This document shows, piece by piece, positions 27,431 to 37,734 of a stretch of DNA of 64,000 nucleotides. A program made the translations under genes and the position numbers. The stretch is from positions 38,553 to 102,552 of IMG/VR virus record IMGVR_UViG_2778261689_000001; one strand, 5' to 3'. How positions within the stretch are numbered: position 1 is the stretch's first letter; every line of letters begins with the position of its first letter. The notes under the pieces were generated by a model. That model did no database searches. It was not told the DNA's origin and worked only from the letters and a program-made list of their open reading frames with translations. This DNA is from a virus. Its lineage: Duplodnaviria > Heunggongvirae > Uroviricota > Caudoviricetes.

Positions 27431-30400
27431 ATGGAAAGAAAAAACGCCAACATTGACGATGTTATAAGGACAGTTGAAACCGCCAGCGCAAAAGAGCTGG
27501 AAGAGCTTGCAGGTATCCGGGAAGCTGTTGAAGATTTGAAAGGGGGACGCGTTGCAACTGTTGATCCTGTCTCTCGCAGTGTGTCGGCATTAAATCGCAC
27601 AATCGAAAATTCCCGGCCAGACTTTGTGGCCAATGCGCCATCAGTGGACCCTATTGTTGACGCAATGAAACGGCTTAATTTAGGGGACGTTTCTCGTGTA
27701 GTTCAGGAGGGCATTGCTCAACAGGAACAGCAGGCCAAATCAACTACACCAAAGGGTAAAAAACGACGCAGGAAGGCTATACCAGAGGATATAAAGGCAC
27801 AACGGACCGAAGCAGCCGAACACGCTCGCGAAATGTTCGATCAAAAAGGCGGTGCGCAAAAAAGCCAAAACCAACGCGATGCGCGTGGTCGTTTTATTGG
27901 AAAGTCAGGGAGTAAGGCCGCAGCGGAAGATGCCCGTGCTGAACGTGCTGAAAAGGCCAGGCGCAAAGAGGATGATGAGCGTCTAAATGCTGAATCAGGT
28001 TTATTAAAAAAACTGTCAAAAGTAGCTGAAGGCATAGGTAACCCTTCAGAGACTCGTGCCGTCGATGCGTTAGGTTATGCCGTTGCTGGTCCATTGTGGG
28101 CAGCAGGGAAGGAGCTTGGCGGGATATCAAAAGAAGTTGGTGGATCGCTTAATGGTGCCAGAAAGTCTATTGCCGATGTGATTCGTGGCAATGACGATAA
28201 CAGCCGTAGAAAAGGTTTTTTTAGGCGTAAATCGCAAAATAGTGCCGATGTCGTTCAGGTTAACACCCAAAAACGGACGGTTCAGGAACTTCAGGAGCAG
28301 ACCAGCGAAATTAAAGAGGGCAATGACAAGATTCTCAGCGCCCTTGATCAGATAGCCAAAAACACCGGGAAAAAGAAGGGCGGCTTGCTGTCCAAACTAT
28401 TTAGCCTGTTAGGGAAGGGGGCCGGTGGCGTCGCGTCGTTGTTAATGGGGCGTGGCATGCTGAAAAAAGCTGGAGCACTCGCTTTTGGCGCTCTGGGGGC
28501 AAAGAAACTTGTAGGAATGCTACGCGGTGGTGGCAAGAAGACTCTCGCCCATGAAGGCGGAGATTTGGCTGCCCGGGCAGCAGGTAAACTTGGATTAAAG
28601 GCAGTTGGTAAAGGGGCGTTACGCGCAATTCCCCTGGTCGGCACAGTGGCTGGAGGTATTTATGATGCGGTAACCGGTTGGAATGATACAGAAGCGCAAC
28701 GTCGAGCGTTTGGGCTTAAATCAGGACAAGATCCATCATTCCAGCAAAAAGCCGCTTATACGTTAGCTAATGTTCTTGATATGGGGGGACTGGTATCTGG
28801 TATTAGCAGCGCCATTGGTGAGGTTCTCAAATCACTTGGATTTGAGGATATCGGCAATATGTTGCAATCATTTTCGACGGAAAGTATTGCCCAGGCCATT
28901 GATAGTGGGATTACCAACTTAGAAACATATATTTCTAACCTTGGCGACACGATTTCTACCAAGTTCGATGATTACACAGCAAAGATTGGTGATGCTGTTT
29001 CAGCATGGTTTAGCGATACATCTAATAAGCTGCTTGAAAAGCTGGATGCCATCAAAGACTTCTTTACTGTCGATAACCTGAAACAGGTTTTCAGTGATGC
29101 AATTGATAGTGCAATTGATTTCATTAAGAACCCAGGGAAACACATTAAAGAGGCGGCTGGTAATATTTGGGATGGGGTTAAAAATTTACCCGGTAAAGCA
29201 TTAGATGCAGCGGTTGATGCCGTTAAAAATACCCCTGCGGCAATGATTGTATCAAAAATACCCAATCCGATCGGCGAGGCTAATGCGAAAGAAATCACTC
29301 CAGAGTTAAAAGCTCCGGTTAATAGCCACCAGGAGACGTCTAATTCTAAAACTGAATCCGATGCCAAACAGAGTAATATTGCTACCCGCGTGATAAATGC
29401 GGCACTGGACACAGCGAAAGATAGCAATAAAACAGTTAAACAAACTGCCAATCAGATTATCAATGCAAATGCCGTAGAAACGGGCAATAGCGCGTTGCAG
29501 AAAATTGATAAAGCTATTGGTCAAAATAGCTCGTCATCATCCTCGCTTAATACCACTGGCACCAGGAATGACATTCAGAAAGCTGCGGATACCTACAATA
29601 ATGGCAACTTGGATGTAAAAGTCGGAAGTCTTGGCGCTGAAGGTAAGGCAAATCTCGATAAGTTGGCTCCGTATTTTGCTGAACTAGAGAATAAATATGG
29701 CCTTCCTGAAGGTACTCTTTACGCGATCGCTGCAACTGAATCTGGTGGTGATCCTAACGCAAAATCTACGCTTACAAGATCACCAAATGGAAAGCTAAGT
29801 GGTGGCGCTCTCGGAATGTTCCAGTTTACGAGCGTTGCTCGTGAGGAAACTGGATTATCCCGGGAAGATTCTTTTAATCCGGAAAAATCGGCAGAAGCTG
29901 CGGCTCTTCTCATGAGCAAGTATCTGAAGCAAGCCAATGGAGACTTAAACGAGGCCATCACTGCATATAACGCTGGGTTTGGCACTATCAATAAGTGGAA
30001 AAAAGGCACAGGTGACTTATCGAAAGAAAACCGTGAGTACGCGATCAAGGTCAATACTCATCGTGCTCGCTATTTAGGTGGTGAAATCTATACACCTGGA
30101 GCAGGAGCACAGGGTGGGGCGCAATATGGAGTGAGGGGACCACTGCCTGATAACGCTGTTATCGATCAGTCTACTGGCTTGGCGTTTACCCCTGGTGATA
30201 GCCCGTTTGAGAAAGGCGGTCTGGTAGACAAAATCGGCAATGCTGTTGGCGTTAACGATCTGGTCAACAAATTCATGAATGGCCGGGGTATGCGTCGGGA
30301 AGTCGTTCAGGGAACGCTCGAAGAACGTGCACGAGGGAAGGGGACCGCAACAGCAGCTGGCAATGTGTATGTTGATACCCCGATGCCAGTTGAAGAGGCG

Positions 30401-30853
30401 CGTCCGGTGGCCAACAACTCAAGTTACTTTGACCAGCTCGGCGCACAAATGGGGATTGATGGACTATTCGATAAACTCCGCAACTCGCCGGGGATGCGGA
30501 AAAATAATGCGCCTGAACCAGCCTCCACGTCCCAGGTGACGACTGCCGCCAACGATTTGCAGCAACCAACCGGTCGTATGCAGATAGACGGACAGGTTAT
30601 TAGTGACCTTGGCGGCTCCGGTGCCAAGCCGACAATGCAGTTGGCTGATAATACCGTTTCACTTGATGGTGAAACGAAGCGGCTGTTTGCGCAGATGACC
30701 TCATTGCTTGCCAGGATTGAAGAGCACACTAAAGACTCGGCGAAAGGCCAGGGAACTGTCGTAAAGGTCAGCACGCCTCAACCGGGCGTTATGCGCACGG
30801 TGCCACTGTCAATTGATGATCCGTTGATGAATGACTACGCGAGAGTTGATTGA
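27431..30853 (+). CDS. sit: Structural injection transglycosylase / tape-measure-like protein (P1 Sit-like) with a lytic transglycosylase domain
   Basis: 1140 aa, as in P1 Sit; SLT motifs around residues 750-860 (ATESGG with catalytic Glu, GMFQF, AYNAGFG); long Gly/Lys-rich and coiled regions. Confidence 0.8.
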   Translation: MERKNANIDDVIRTVETASAKELEELAGIREAVEDLKGGRVATVDPVSRSVSALNRTIENSRPDFVANAPSVDPIVDAMKRLNLGDVSRVVQEGIAQQEQQAKSTTPKGKKRRRKAIPEDIKAQRTEAAEHAREMFDQKGGAQKSQNQRDARGRFIGKSGSKAAAEDARAERAEKARRKEDDERLNAESGLLKKLSKVAEGIGNPSETRAVDALGYAVAGPLWAAGKELGGISKEVGGSLNGARKSIADVIRGNDDNSRRKGFFRRKSQNSADVVQVNTQKRTVQELQEQTSEIKEGNDKILSALDQIAKNTGKKKGGLLSKLFSLLGKGAGGVASLLMGRGMLKKAGALAFGALGAKKLVGMLRGGGKKTLAHEGGDLAARAAGKLGLKAVGKGALRAIPLVGTVAGGIYDAVTGWNDTEAQRRAFGLKSGQDPSFQQKAAYTLANVLDMGGLVSGISSAIGEVLKSLGFEDIGNMLQSFSTESIAQAIDSGITNLETYISNLGDTISTKFDDYTAKIGDAVSAWFSDTSNKLLEKLDAIKDFFTVDNLKQVFSDAIDSAIDFIKNPGKHIKEAAGNIWDGVKNLPGKALDAAVDAVKNTPAAMIVSKIPNPIGEANAKEITPELKAPVNSHQETSNSKTESDAKQSNIATRVINAALDTAKDSNKTVKQTANQIINANAVETGNSALQKIDKAIGQNSSSSSSLNTTGTRNDIQKAADTYNNGNLDVKVGSLGAEGKANLDKLAPYFAELENKYGLPEGTLYAIAATESGGDPNAKSTLTRSPNGKLSGGALGMFQFTSVAREETGLSREDSFNPEKSAEAAALLMSKYLKQANGDLNEAITAYNAGFGTINKWKKGTGDLSKENREYAIKVNTHRARYLGGEIYTPGAGAQGGAQYGVRGPLPDNAVIDQSTGLAFTPGDSPFEKGGLVDKIGNAVGVNDLVNKFMNGRGMRREVVQGTLEERARGKGTATAAGNVYVDTPMPVEEARPVANNSSYFDQLGAQMGIDGLFDKLRNSPGMRKNNAPEPASTSQVTTAANDLQQPTGRMQIDGQVISDLGGSGAKPTMQLADNTVSLDGETKRLFAQMTSLLARIEEHTKDSAKGQGTVVKVSTPQPGVMRTVPLSIDDPLMNDYARVD

Positions 30854-31209
30854 TGGCCAACAATAACGAAATTGATCCTTTGCTGACGCTGGAGTTATCC
30901 GGCGTAAAAACGTATGAGTCCCAGGAGGAGGCCTGGGGCGCTCGTTTATATGAGTGGCTAAACACTTATCAGGGTGAGGTATACGGGGATCCGTCATGGG
31001 GCAATGTTTTACCGCAGTTTAAACACGAACCGACCAACTTGTCGCATGTTCAAATTGCGGTTGAGGCAATGCTGTTGCAAAAACTGACGGTAGATTTACC
31101 TGACATACCGATTTCTGGCTTGTCAGTAGCCGAGGGAGATGCTTTTGATAAGTTGAAAATATCCATTCGTATCAGGGATATAACTATCACACAGGACGTG
31201 GTGCTATGA
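30850..31209 (+). CDS. Small baseplate-associated protein (hypothetical)
   Basis: 119-aa ORF, 4-bp overlaps on both sides. Confidence 0.5.
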   Translation: MMANNNEIDPLLTLELSGVKTYESQEEAWGARLYEWLNTYQGEVYGDPSWGNVLPQFKHEPTNLSHVQIAVEAMLLQKLTVDLPDIPISGLSVAEGDAFDKLKISIRIRDITITQDVVL

Positions 31210-32639
31210 GTAAAACAACACCGACTAAAGACAGTATTCGTGCAGAGTTTGAAGAGCTTGTCGAGAAAGATTCATTCTGGTCGAAGTTTGTCGGCTCTCA
31301 ATTTGTCTCGATGCTGACATTGTTTATTACCCAGATTGTCTACAGGTGCTTTCAGTATGCCGATGCGGCGCTGGCTGAAGGCTTTATATCGACCGCGACG
31401 CGGCGTTCCTCTATCCTGGCAGCGGCAGAAACGAATAGTTACGTTGGTACCAAGCCAACACCGTCATCGGGGATGATTGAGATCACCGCCACAAGTGAAG
31501 ATGCCCCAGCGGTAATCCCCAAAAACATGCCTTTAATATCTGACGACCAGTACCCTTACATGACTATGGATGTATGCAGGTTGGTTGACGGCACCGGTAC
31601 GGTAGAAGTGGCACAGTTGGAAATCCAGGAGGTGACATATACCGTTACGGCTGCCAAAGAATTTCTGGAAGTCGTGTTATCAAAGGCTCTCACTGCTGTC
31701 TGCTATAAGCTGGAAGTATTCGTGACGACCGATGGTAAGACCACGCAGTGGTCTTCCAGCACTATGTTCCGGTTAGCCGGTAGTAAAAGCCAGGTCTACG
31801 TTGAGTTTTATAAACCATCCGAGCAGTTGGGGGTTCGATTCGGTGATGGGCTAATTGGGCAAATACCGCCAGAAGGCTCGACCATTACACTTAAGGTATG
31901 GTGCACCAACGGAGATATAACCTTGGTTGCTGGCCAAAATCTGACGCCTGTCGATTCTGCGGCTAATTTAGCTAATTTGATTTCAGTTAAGACAACGACA
32001 CCCATAACCGCAGGTACCGATGCCGAAACAACGGAGATCACACGTAATCGTGCACAATATTACCTTGCCTATGATGATCAGGTCGTATGGGGCGGGGACT
32101 ATACGTATTTTCTGGTGCGTAACATCCCGGGACTGTCCTGGGTAAAGGCATGGGGCGAAGGCCAGCAAGAGAAATTAGATGGTGCTTATAATGTTCGGAA
32201 TATCAATAAGATATTTATTTCAGGATGGCATCCAAACAAAAGCCAGTCAGAGCTTGAAGAAATGATCCTGGCTGCCTTTAAGAAGGTGCCGAATGAGTTG
32301 AACAAGAAATTCTCGTATAAAGAGGTCAGAAAACTACCCTTTAAGATCACCATCACCGGGCGGATATCGGCAAGCCTGACCATTGAGAACGTGACTGATG
32401 AGCTGAAGTCGGCACTGGAAACAAAATTTGGGCGTGACTCAACTTTCTTTGATCCGAACCGTGTCGGCAAGTACATCCTAATCAAGAAAAAAGACGTTTG
32501 GGCATTTATCGAAACGCTGGGTTATTTCCGCGACTTTTATCTGGAATTTGTCGAGTGGAATGAGTCCAACGGCTTTTACGATTTCGTTTATCTGGATACA
32601 GAAAACTCCACCTTTAATATTTCGTATGAGGAGGAGTGA
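31206..32639 (+). CDS. Baseplate protein (candidate, by size and synteny)
   Basis: 477-aa ORF in the coupled baseplate operon. Confidence 0.5.
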   Translation: MSKTTPTKDSIRAEFEELVEKDSFWSKFVGSQFVSMLTLFITQIVYRCFQYADAALAEGFISTATRRSSILAAAETNSYVGTKPTPSSGMIEITATSEDAPAVIPKNMPLISDDQYPYMTMDVCRLVDGTGTVEVAQLEIQEVTYTVTAAKEFLEVVLSKALTAVCYKLEVFVTTDGKTTQWSSSTMFRLAGSKSQVYVEFYKPSEQLGVRFGDGLIGQIPPEGSTITLKVWCTNGDITLVAGQNLTPVDSAANLANLISVKTTTPITAGTDAETTEITRNRAQYYLAYDDQVVWGGDYTYFLVRNIPGLSWVKAWGEGQQEKLDGAYNVRNINKIFISGWHPNKSQSELEEMILAAFKKVPNELNKKFSYKEVRKLPFKITITGRISASLTIENVTDELKSALETKFGRDSTFFDPNRVGKYILIKKKDVWAFIETLGYFRDFYLEFVEWNESNGFYDFVYLDTENSTFNISYEEE

Positions 32640-33475
32640 TGCAGCGTTCCTGGTTTAATAACCGGCTTACATCAGCTAAGCAAAAGTCATTGCTCTATAA
32701 ATCATTGGCTGATTTGGTTCAGTCAATGATGGATACCTTTGTTGACCCATGGTTGGAGCGAATTACCAACCGGAAGTCTATTTTTTCCATGAGCAAGGAG
32801 GATCTGGAGACCAGGACAAATGAACTTGGCCAGTTCTTTACTATCAGAACGTCGAACTCATCTTCCGTTCCGATGTTGTTACAACAGCGTCTTGATGAGA
32901 TTCACTTTAAGGGGACTGAACGCCCTATAAACCAGACAATTTACCGCGAATTTAACGGTATTTCTGTTTTATGGGATCCGATATATGCACCGGTGGACCT
33001 TGAGCGTCATCCCTATGGCACGGTTCTAATACCAGAAAGCACACTGGAGACTACCGGCGGCACATTCGGCGAGATGTTTCTGACTTCCAGAGGGATGATC
33101 AGTATTCCCATAAACGACCTGGCCCGGACAATGGGGATTACTGGCACGATAGATCAGTCCGCAATTACAGAAGAAATTCTCAGAAAGTTTAATCAGTTCG
33201 TAAAGCCTCTACTGCCACTGCATATAGTGTTTGATGGGCTTACGCTCTATTTGTCGGTTGTTGTAAATGAACAGGCCGACATGATCACTTTGAACGAGAT
33301 TTCTGATACCGAAAAAGCATTCTGCTGGTTTGAAACTTCGGATACAACTTCGCTTACTGGAGTTACGTCGATTAGCGCCCCGATCACCGCAACGCCTGGT
33401 GGCACTATTGTGAAAGCGACACCTACGTTTGATCGCACACGCGCAGATGATTTGTTGCTGGATAGCGACGCCTGA
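32636..33475 (+). CDS. Baseplate/tail protein (hypothetical)
   Basis: 279-aa ORF; followed by a hairpin caccccgtccgcagggcggggtg and the late-promoter motif. Confidence 0.5.
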   Translation: MMQRSWFNNRLTSAKQKSLLYKSLADLVQSMMDTFVDPWLERITNRKSIFSMSKEDLETRTNELGQFFTIRTSNSSSVPMLLQQRLDEIHFKGTERPINQTIYREFNGISVLWDPIYAPVDLERHPYGTVLIPESTLETTGGTFGEMFLTSRGMISIPINDLARTMGITGTIDQSAITEEILRKFNQFVKPLLPLHIVFDGLTLYLSVVVNEQADMITLNEISDTEKAFCWFETSDTTSLTGVTSISAPITATPGGTIVKATPTFDRTRADDLLLDSDA

Positions 33476-33501
33476 CAATCACCCCGTCCGCAGGGCGGGG
33501 T

Positions 33502-33523
33502 GACAAGTTACTTCTCTTACAAT
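33502..33523 (+). promoter_or_regulatory. Late-promoter motif upstream of the tail-fibre operon (gacaagttact-N5-tacaat)
   Basis: Box at 33502-33512, minus-10 tacaat at 33518-33523, about 30 bp upstream of the next ORF. Confidence 0.5.
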
Positions 33524-33553
33524 GAGGCTTCACAACATTGATTAGGGAAAATC

Positions 33554-33988
33554 ATGTCTGACGTCTCAACAAACCTCTATAAGAGTCAGTTGTTGGACTA
33601 TTACTATCAGCGGCGCGCTGAATCGTCCATTAACAAAGGCTCTCGATTTTTAATCAGCAAGGCCGTTTTCGGTACCAGTTCACTGGTTACTAAGAAAGGA
33701 GATGGCACTTATGAGATTGGAGAACTGCCAAAGGTTTTCGATCTGGCAGAACTGACCAGTCAATTTTGCACCATCAACCTCGTCCCAACCTACTCAGGCG
33801 GGATAATTACTGTCCGAATGGACCTTGATCAAAGCCAGTTGCAGGAAGGGAAAAACTACCCATTCAACACTCTGGTTGTTCTGGATAACGAGAACAAGCC
33901 AATCGCCATTATTTGTGTCCAGGAAGACTCGCTGTATGTGGGCAAAACATATACCGCAGTTATGGCCATAAACACGACAACAGCATAA
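33554..33988 (+). CDS. Tail-fibre-associated protein (position of P1 R)
   Basis: 144-aa ORF directly upstream of the tail-fibre gene. Confidence 0.5.
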   Translation: MSDVSTNLYKSQLLDYYYQRRAESSINKGSRFLISKAVFGTSSLVTKKGDGTYEIGELPKVFDLAELTSQFCTINLVPTYSGGIITVRMDLDQSQLQEGKNYPFNTLVVLDNENKPIAIICVQEDSLYVGKTYTAVMAINTTTA

Positions 33989-33999
33989 GGATATGCTTG

Positions 34000-36639
34000 A
34001 TGAATGACGTTACAGTTGTTACATCAGTTACTTACCCATCACCCGAGTCGTTGGCTCTGGTGGCTGATGTGCAATACCACGAACCATATCTGTCAGCCGC
34101 GCTAAACCGAAAATTCAGGGGGATTGTTGACCCGGGATTTTATGCCGGTTTCTTACCTAAGCCTGGCGGTGGGATGAACCTGTTAATCACCTCAGTGGAT
34201 GGTGATAAAACCGCAGGCGCGGCGTCGGTGGATATTGGTGAATTCTACCAGGTAACTATTCAGCACCGTAAGGATATTTCTCTTGCACTTAGTGCAGGCA
34301 AGAAATATGCAATTGTGCTGAAGGGAAGATACCTCCTTGGAGAAGATACCTATCAGGTTAATACAGCGTCACATATTCATGCGGCTGAATTTATTGCCAG
34401 AACCTATACCGATTCATATCAGTTAGGAGATGGAGAGCTGCTTGTTTGTACGGTGAATATTCCTGCTGGTGTATCTGCCATTACCCAAGAGATGATTGAT
34501 ACATCAGAGCGTATCAACCGCACTATCGGCATTGATATTTCAGACTCTGTAACCAGTACCAGAAGTGATGTTGCGGCAAGTTCGCTGGCAGTTAAAAAAG
34601 CCTACGATCTGGCGAAAAGCAAGTATACGGCGCAGGATGCAAGCACAACGCAAAAGGGATTAGTTCAGCTCAGTAGCGCAACTAACAGCGACAGCGAAAC
34701 AATGGCGGCTACCCCTAAAGCTGTTAAGTCTATAAAAGATCTGGCTGATACCAAAGCGCCAATAGAAAGCCCGAGTCTGACAGGAACGCCAACAGCGCCG
34801 ACGGCAGCGCAAGGTACAAACAGCACGCAGATCGCAAATACAGCCTTTGTTAAGGCAGCTATAACTGCACTTATCAACGGTGCGCCTGGCACACTGGATA
34901 CGCTGAAAGAAATAGCGGCTGCGATCAATAACGACCCGAATTACAGCACAACTATCAACAATGCCTTGGCTCTCAAAGCGCCTTTGGCAAGCCCTGCATT
35001 AACGGGTGTCCCTACTGCGCCTACGGCTGCACAGGGCACAAACAATACGCAGATCGCTACGACTGCTTACGTACGGGCTGCTATCTCTGCATTGGTCGGC
35101 TCATCACCTGAAGCTCTTGATACCCTGAATGAGCTTGCAGCAGCACTGGGCAATGACCCGAACTTTGCGACAACAATGACAAATGCGCTGGCAGGGAAAC
35201 AGCCACTTGATGCAACTTTAACCGCGCTTGCTGGTCTTGCGACAGGCGCAAATAAATTGCCGTACTTTACCGGTACAGACACTGTTTCTCAGACTGACTT
35301 AACGTCAGTTGGTCGCGATATTCTGGCCAAAACAAGCGTTCTTGCTGTTATCCAATACCTTGGTTTAAGAGAACTCGGTACCAGCGGTGAAAAGATCCCC
35401 CTGTTGAGCACGGCTAACACATGGAGTGCGCGCCAGACTTTCAACGGCGGGATCACCGGGGCACTGACAGGGAACGCCGACACCGCGACGAAATTGAAAA
35501 CAGCACGCACGATTGGCGGTGTGTCATTCGATGGTAGTGCCAATATCGACCTGCCAGGTGTGAATAAAACAGGTAATCAGAACACAACCGGTAATGCAGC
35601 GACAGCGACCAAGTTACAAACCGCTCGAACTATAAATGGGGTCTCGTTTGATGGTTCTAAAAATATTGAGCTAACGGCTGAAAATTTAAATCTTGAGCGA
35701 ACAGTAGAATTAGCCGCTGGGTCATTGCAGAAAAATCAGAACGGCGCGGATATTCCTGGAAAAGATACCTTCACTAAAAATATTGGTGCATGTCGCGCTT
35801 TTCACAGTTCTATTAGTACAGGTGCAGGGAACTGGACAACGGCACAATTGATTGAATGGCTGGATTCTCAAGGGGCATTCAATCACCCATACTGGATGTG
35901 CAAATGTTCATGGTCGTACGGCAATAATAAAATTATAACCGATACTGGCTGTGGAACTATTCATCTTGCAGGTTGCGTTATTGAGGTTATGGGTAATAAA
36001 GGTGCCATGACCATCCGTGTAACAACACCAAGCACTTCCAGCGGTGGCGGAATCACTAATGCTCAATTCACTTATATTAATCATGGTGATGCTTACGCTC
36101 CTGGCTGGCGACGAGACTACAACACGAAAAACCAGCAGCCTGCATTTGCTTTAGGGCAAACAGGACGCAGGGTCGCAAATGATAAAGCTGTTGGCTGGAA
36201 CTGGAATAGCGGCGTTTATGATGCAGATATCAGTGGCGCATCGACATTAATCCTCCACTTTAATATGAATGCGGGGAGTTGCCCTGCTGTACAGTTCCGC
36301 GTGAATTACAGAAATGGCGGTATCTTTTATCGTTCAGCGCGTGATGGTTATGGCTTTGAAGCTAACTGGTCAGAGTTTTACACCACAACACGCAAACCCT
36401 CTGCGGGAGATGTTGGTGCATATACGCAGGCAGAATGTAACTCAAGGTTTATTACAGGTATTCGCCTTGGCGGTCTGTCATCTGTTCAGACATGGAATGG
36501 TCCTGGCTGGTCTGACAGGTCAGGTTATGTCGTTACTGGTTCAGTTAACGGAAACCGTGATGAATTAATTGATACAACTCAGGCAAGGCCAATTCAGTAT
36601 TGCATTAATGGAACGTGGTATAACGCGGGGAGTATTTAA
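34000..36639 (+). CDS. Tail fibre protein: constant N-terminal part (Sc) fused to the variable part (Sv) in the current C-segment orientation
   Basis: ATG at 34000 (MNDVTVV); about 880 aa; the crossover site cixL lies inside the ORF at 35348-35373; the C-terminal part contains the repeated module TATKLQTARTINGVSFDGSKNIELTAENLNL. Confidence 0.8.
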   Translation: MNDVTVVTSVTYPSPESLALVADVQYHEPYLSAALNRKFRGIVDPGFYAGFLPKPGGGMNLLITSVDGDKTAGAASVDIGEFYQVTIQHRKDISLALSAGKKYAIVLKGRYLLGEDTYQVNTASHIHAAEFIARTYTDSYQLGDGELLVCTVNIPAGVSAITQEMIDTSERINRTIGIDISDSVTSTRSDVAASSLAVKKAYDLAKSKYTAQDASTTQKGLVQLSSATNSDSETMAATPKAVKSIKDLADTKAPIESPSLTGTPTAPTAAQGTNSTQIANTAFVKAAITALINGAPGTLDTLKEIAAAINNDPNYSTTINNALALKAPLASPALTGVPTAPTAAQGTNNTQIATTAYVRAAISALVGSSPEALDTLNELAAALGNDPNFATTMTNALAGKQPLDATLTALAGLATGANKLPYFTGTDTVSQTDLTSVGRDILAKTSVLAVIQYLGLRELGTSGEKIPLLSTANTWSARQTFNGGITGALTGNADTATKLKTARTIGGVSFDGSANIDLPGVNKTGNQNTTGNAATATKLQTARTINGVSFDGSKNIELTAENLNLERTVELAAGSLQKNQNGADIPGKDTFTKNIGACRAFHSSISTGAGNWTTAQLIEWLDSQGAFNHPYWMCKCSWSYGNNKIITDTGCGTIHLAGCVIEVMGNKGAMTIRVTTPSTSSGGGITNAQFTYINHGDAYAPGWRRDYNTKNQQPAFALGQTGRRVANDKAVGWNWNSGVYDADISGASTLILHFNMNAGSCPAVQFRVNYRNGGIFYRSARDGYGFEANWSEFYTTTRKPSAGDVGAYTQAECNSRFITGIRLGGLSSVQTWNGPGWSDRSGYVVTGSVNGNRDELIDTTQARPIQYCINGTWYNAGSI
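35348..35373. other. cixL: 26-bp Cin crossover site (ttatccaatacc-tt-ggtttaagagaa)
   Basis: Two 12-bp half-sites around a 2-bp core, resembling gix/hix sites; the inverted-repeat homology starts exactly here. Confidence 0.6.
35362..35512. repeat. Left copy of the about 150-bp inverted repeat bounding the invertible C-segment
   Basis: Near-identical (3-4 mismatches) to the reverse complement of 39063-39213; encodes the shared tail-fibre junction STANTWSARQTFNGGITGALTGNADTATKLKTAR. Confidence 0.8.
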
Positions 36640-36641
36640 TT

Positions 36642-37175
36642 ATGATGCACTTAAAAAATATTACTGCTGGCAACCCTAAAACAAAAGAGCAATACCAGCT
36701 AACGAAACGATTTAACATCAAATGGCTTTATACAGAGGATGGGAAGAACTGGTATGAGGAACAAAAGAACTTTCAGCCTGATACGTTGAAAATGGTCTAT
36801 GACCACAACGACGTTATTATTTGTATTGAAAAGGATGTTTCAGCAATTAATCCAGAAGGCGCAAGCGTCGTTGAGGTTCCTGATATTACAGCAAATCGCC
36901 GGGCTGATATTTCGGGTAAATGGATGTTCAAAGATGGCGTAGTGATAAAGCGAACTTATACCGAGGAGGAACAGAGGCAGCAGGCAGAGAATGAAAAGCA
37001 AAGCCTGTTGCAACTTGTCAGGGATAAAACCCAGCTATGGGACTCACAGCTACGGCTGGGCATCATTTCCGACGAGAATAAACAAAAATTAACCGAGTGG
37101 ATGCTCTATGCGCAGAAAGTCGAATCTACAGACACCTCCAGCCTGCCAGTAACGTTTCCCGAACAACCAGAATGA
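36642..37175 (+). CDS. Tail-fibre assembly chaperone (U)
   Basis: 177 aa immediately after the fibre gene; N-terminal about 60 aa closely similar to the inverted paralogue at 37204-37731. Confidence 0.7.
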   Translation: MMHLKNITAGNPKTKEQYQLTKRFNIKWLYTEDGKNWYEEQKNFQPDTLKMVYDHNDVIICIEKDVSAINPEGASVVEVPDITANRRADISGKWMFKDGVVIKRTYTEEEQRQQAENEKQSLLQLVRDKTQLWDSQLRLGIISDENKQKLTEWMLYAQKVESTDTSSLPVTFPEQPE

Positions 37176-37178
37176 GAG

Positions 37179-37198
37179 AAGGCCCGATATTGGGCCTT
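37179..37198. terminator. Bidirectional hairpin terminator between the convergent U and U' genes
   Basis: aaggccc-gatatt-gggcctt followed by aattttta. Confidence 0.55.
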
Positions 37199-37203
37199 AA
37201 TTT

Positions 37204-37731
37204 TTACTCAGGCTTTTGTGGCCATTCGGGATTTGCTGTATCCACACGGCTGACCAGAACGCTGTAGCGTTCCCATGACTCCAGTCGTGTGCGTTCCTCA
37301 TCCGTCGCCATATTCAGCCTGACAGCGCGTTCCAGTGGCTGAATAACGCTTTCAGCTTCAGAAAGCAACGCGACCTTTTGTGATTCGGCCTGTTGTTGCT
37401 GTTCGTCTGCTGTATAAATCCGCTTAACCACAGTTCCGTCCTTAAACATCCACTTCCCTGAATCATCGGCACGACGATTGGCTGTTATATCTGGAATCTC
37501 AACGACACTAAAGCCTTCGGGATTAAGCGTTGAGGCATCTTTGGTTATGGCAACAATAATATTATTTTCGTCGTATACAATCTTTATGGTGTCGTCCTGA
37601 AAGTTATTTACTTCCTCATACCAGTTTTTACCGTCTTCGGACCATAACCAGATAACATCAAAATTCTTTGTTAGCTGATATTGTTCTTTTGTTTTTGGAT
37701 TTCCGGACTTAATATTTTTTAAATGCTGCAT
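37204..37731 (-). CDS. Alternative tail-fibre assembly chaperone (U')
   Basis: 175 aa; paralogue of U on the opposite strand inside the invertible segment. Confidence 0.7.
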   Translation of the reverse strand: MQHLKNIKSGNPKTKEQYQLTKNFDVIWLWSEDGKNWYEEVNNFQDDTIKIVYDENNIIVAITKDASTLNPEGFSVVEIPDITANRRADDSGKWMFKDGTVVKRIYTADEQQQQAESQKVALLSEAESVIQPLERAVRLNMATDEERTRLESWERYSVLVSRVDTANPEWPQKPE

Positions 37732-37734
37732 AAT

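Noticed and set aside
35289-35543. Minus-strand ORF (and its partner at 39020..39283) predicted across the C-segment inverted repeats
   Set aside because: Both are mirror artefacts of the inverted repeat; they share the same translated peptide because the sequence is a reverse-complement copy of a real coding region.
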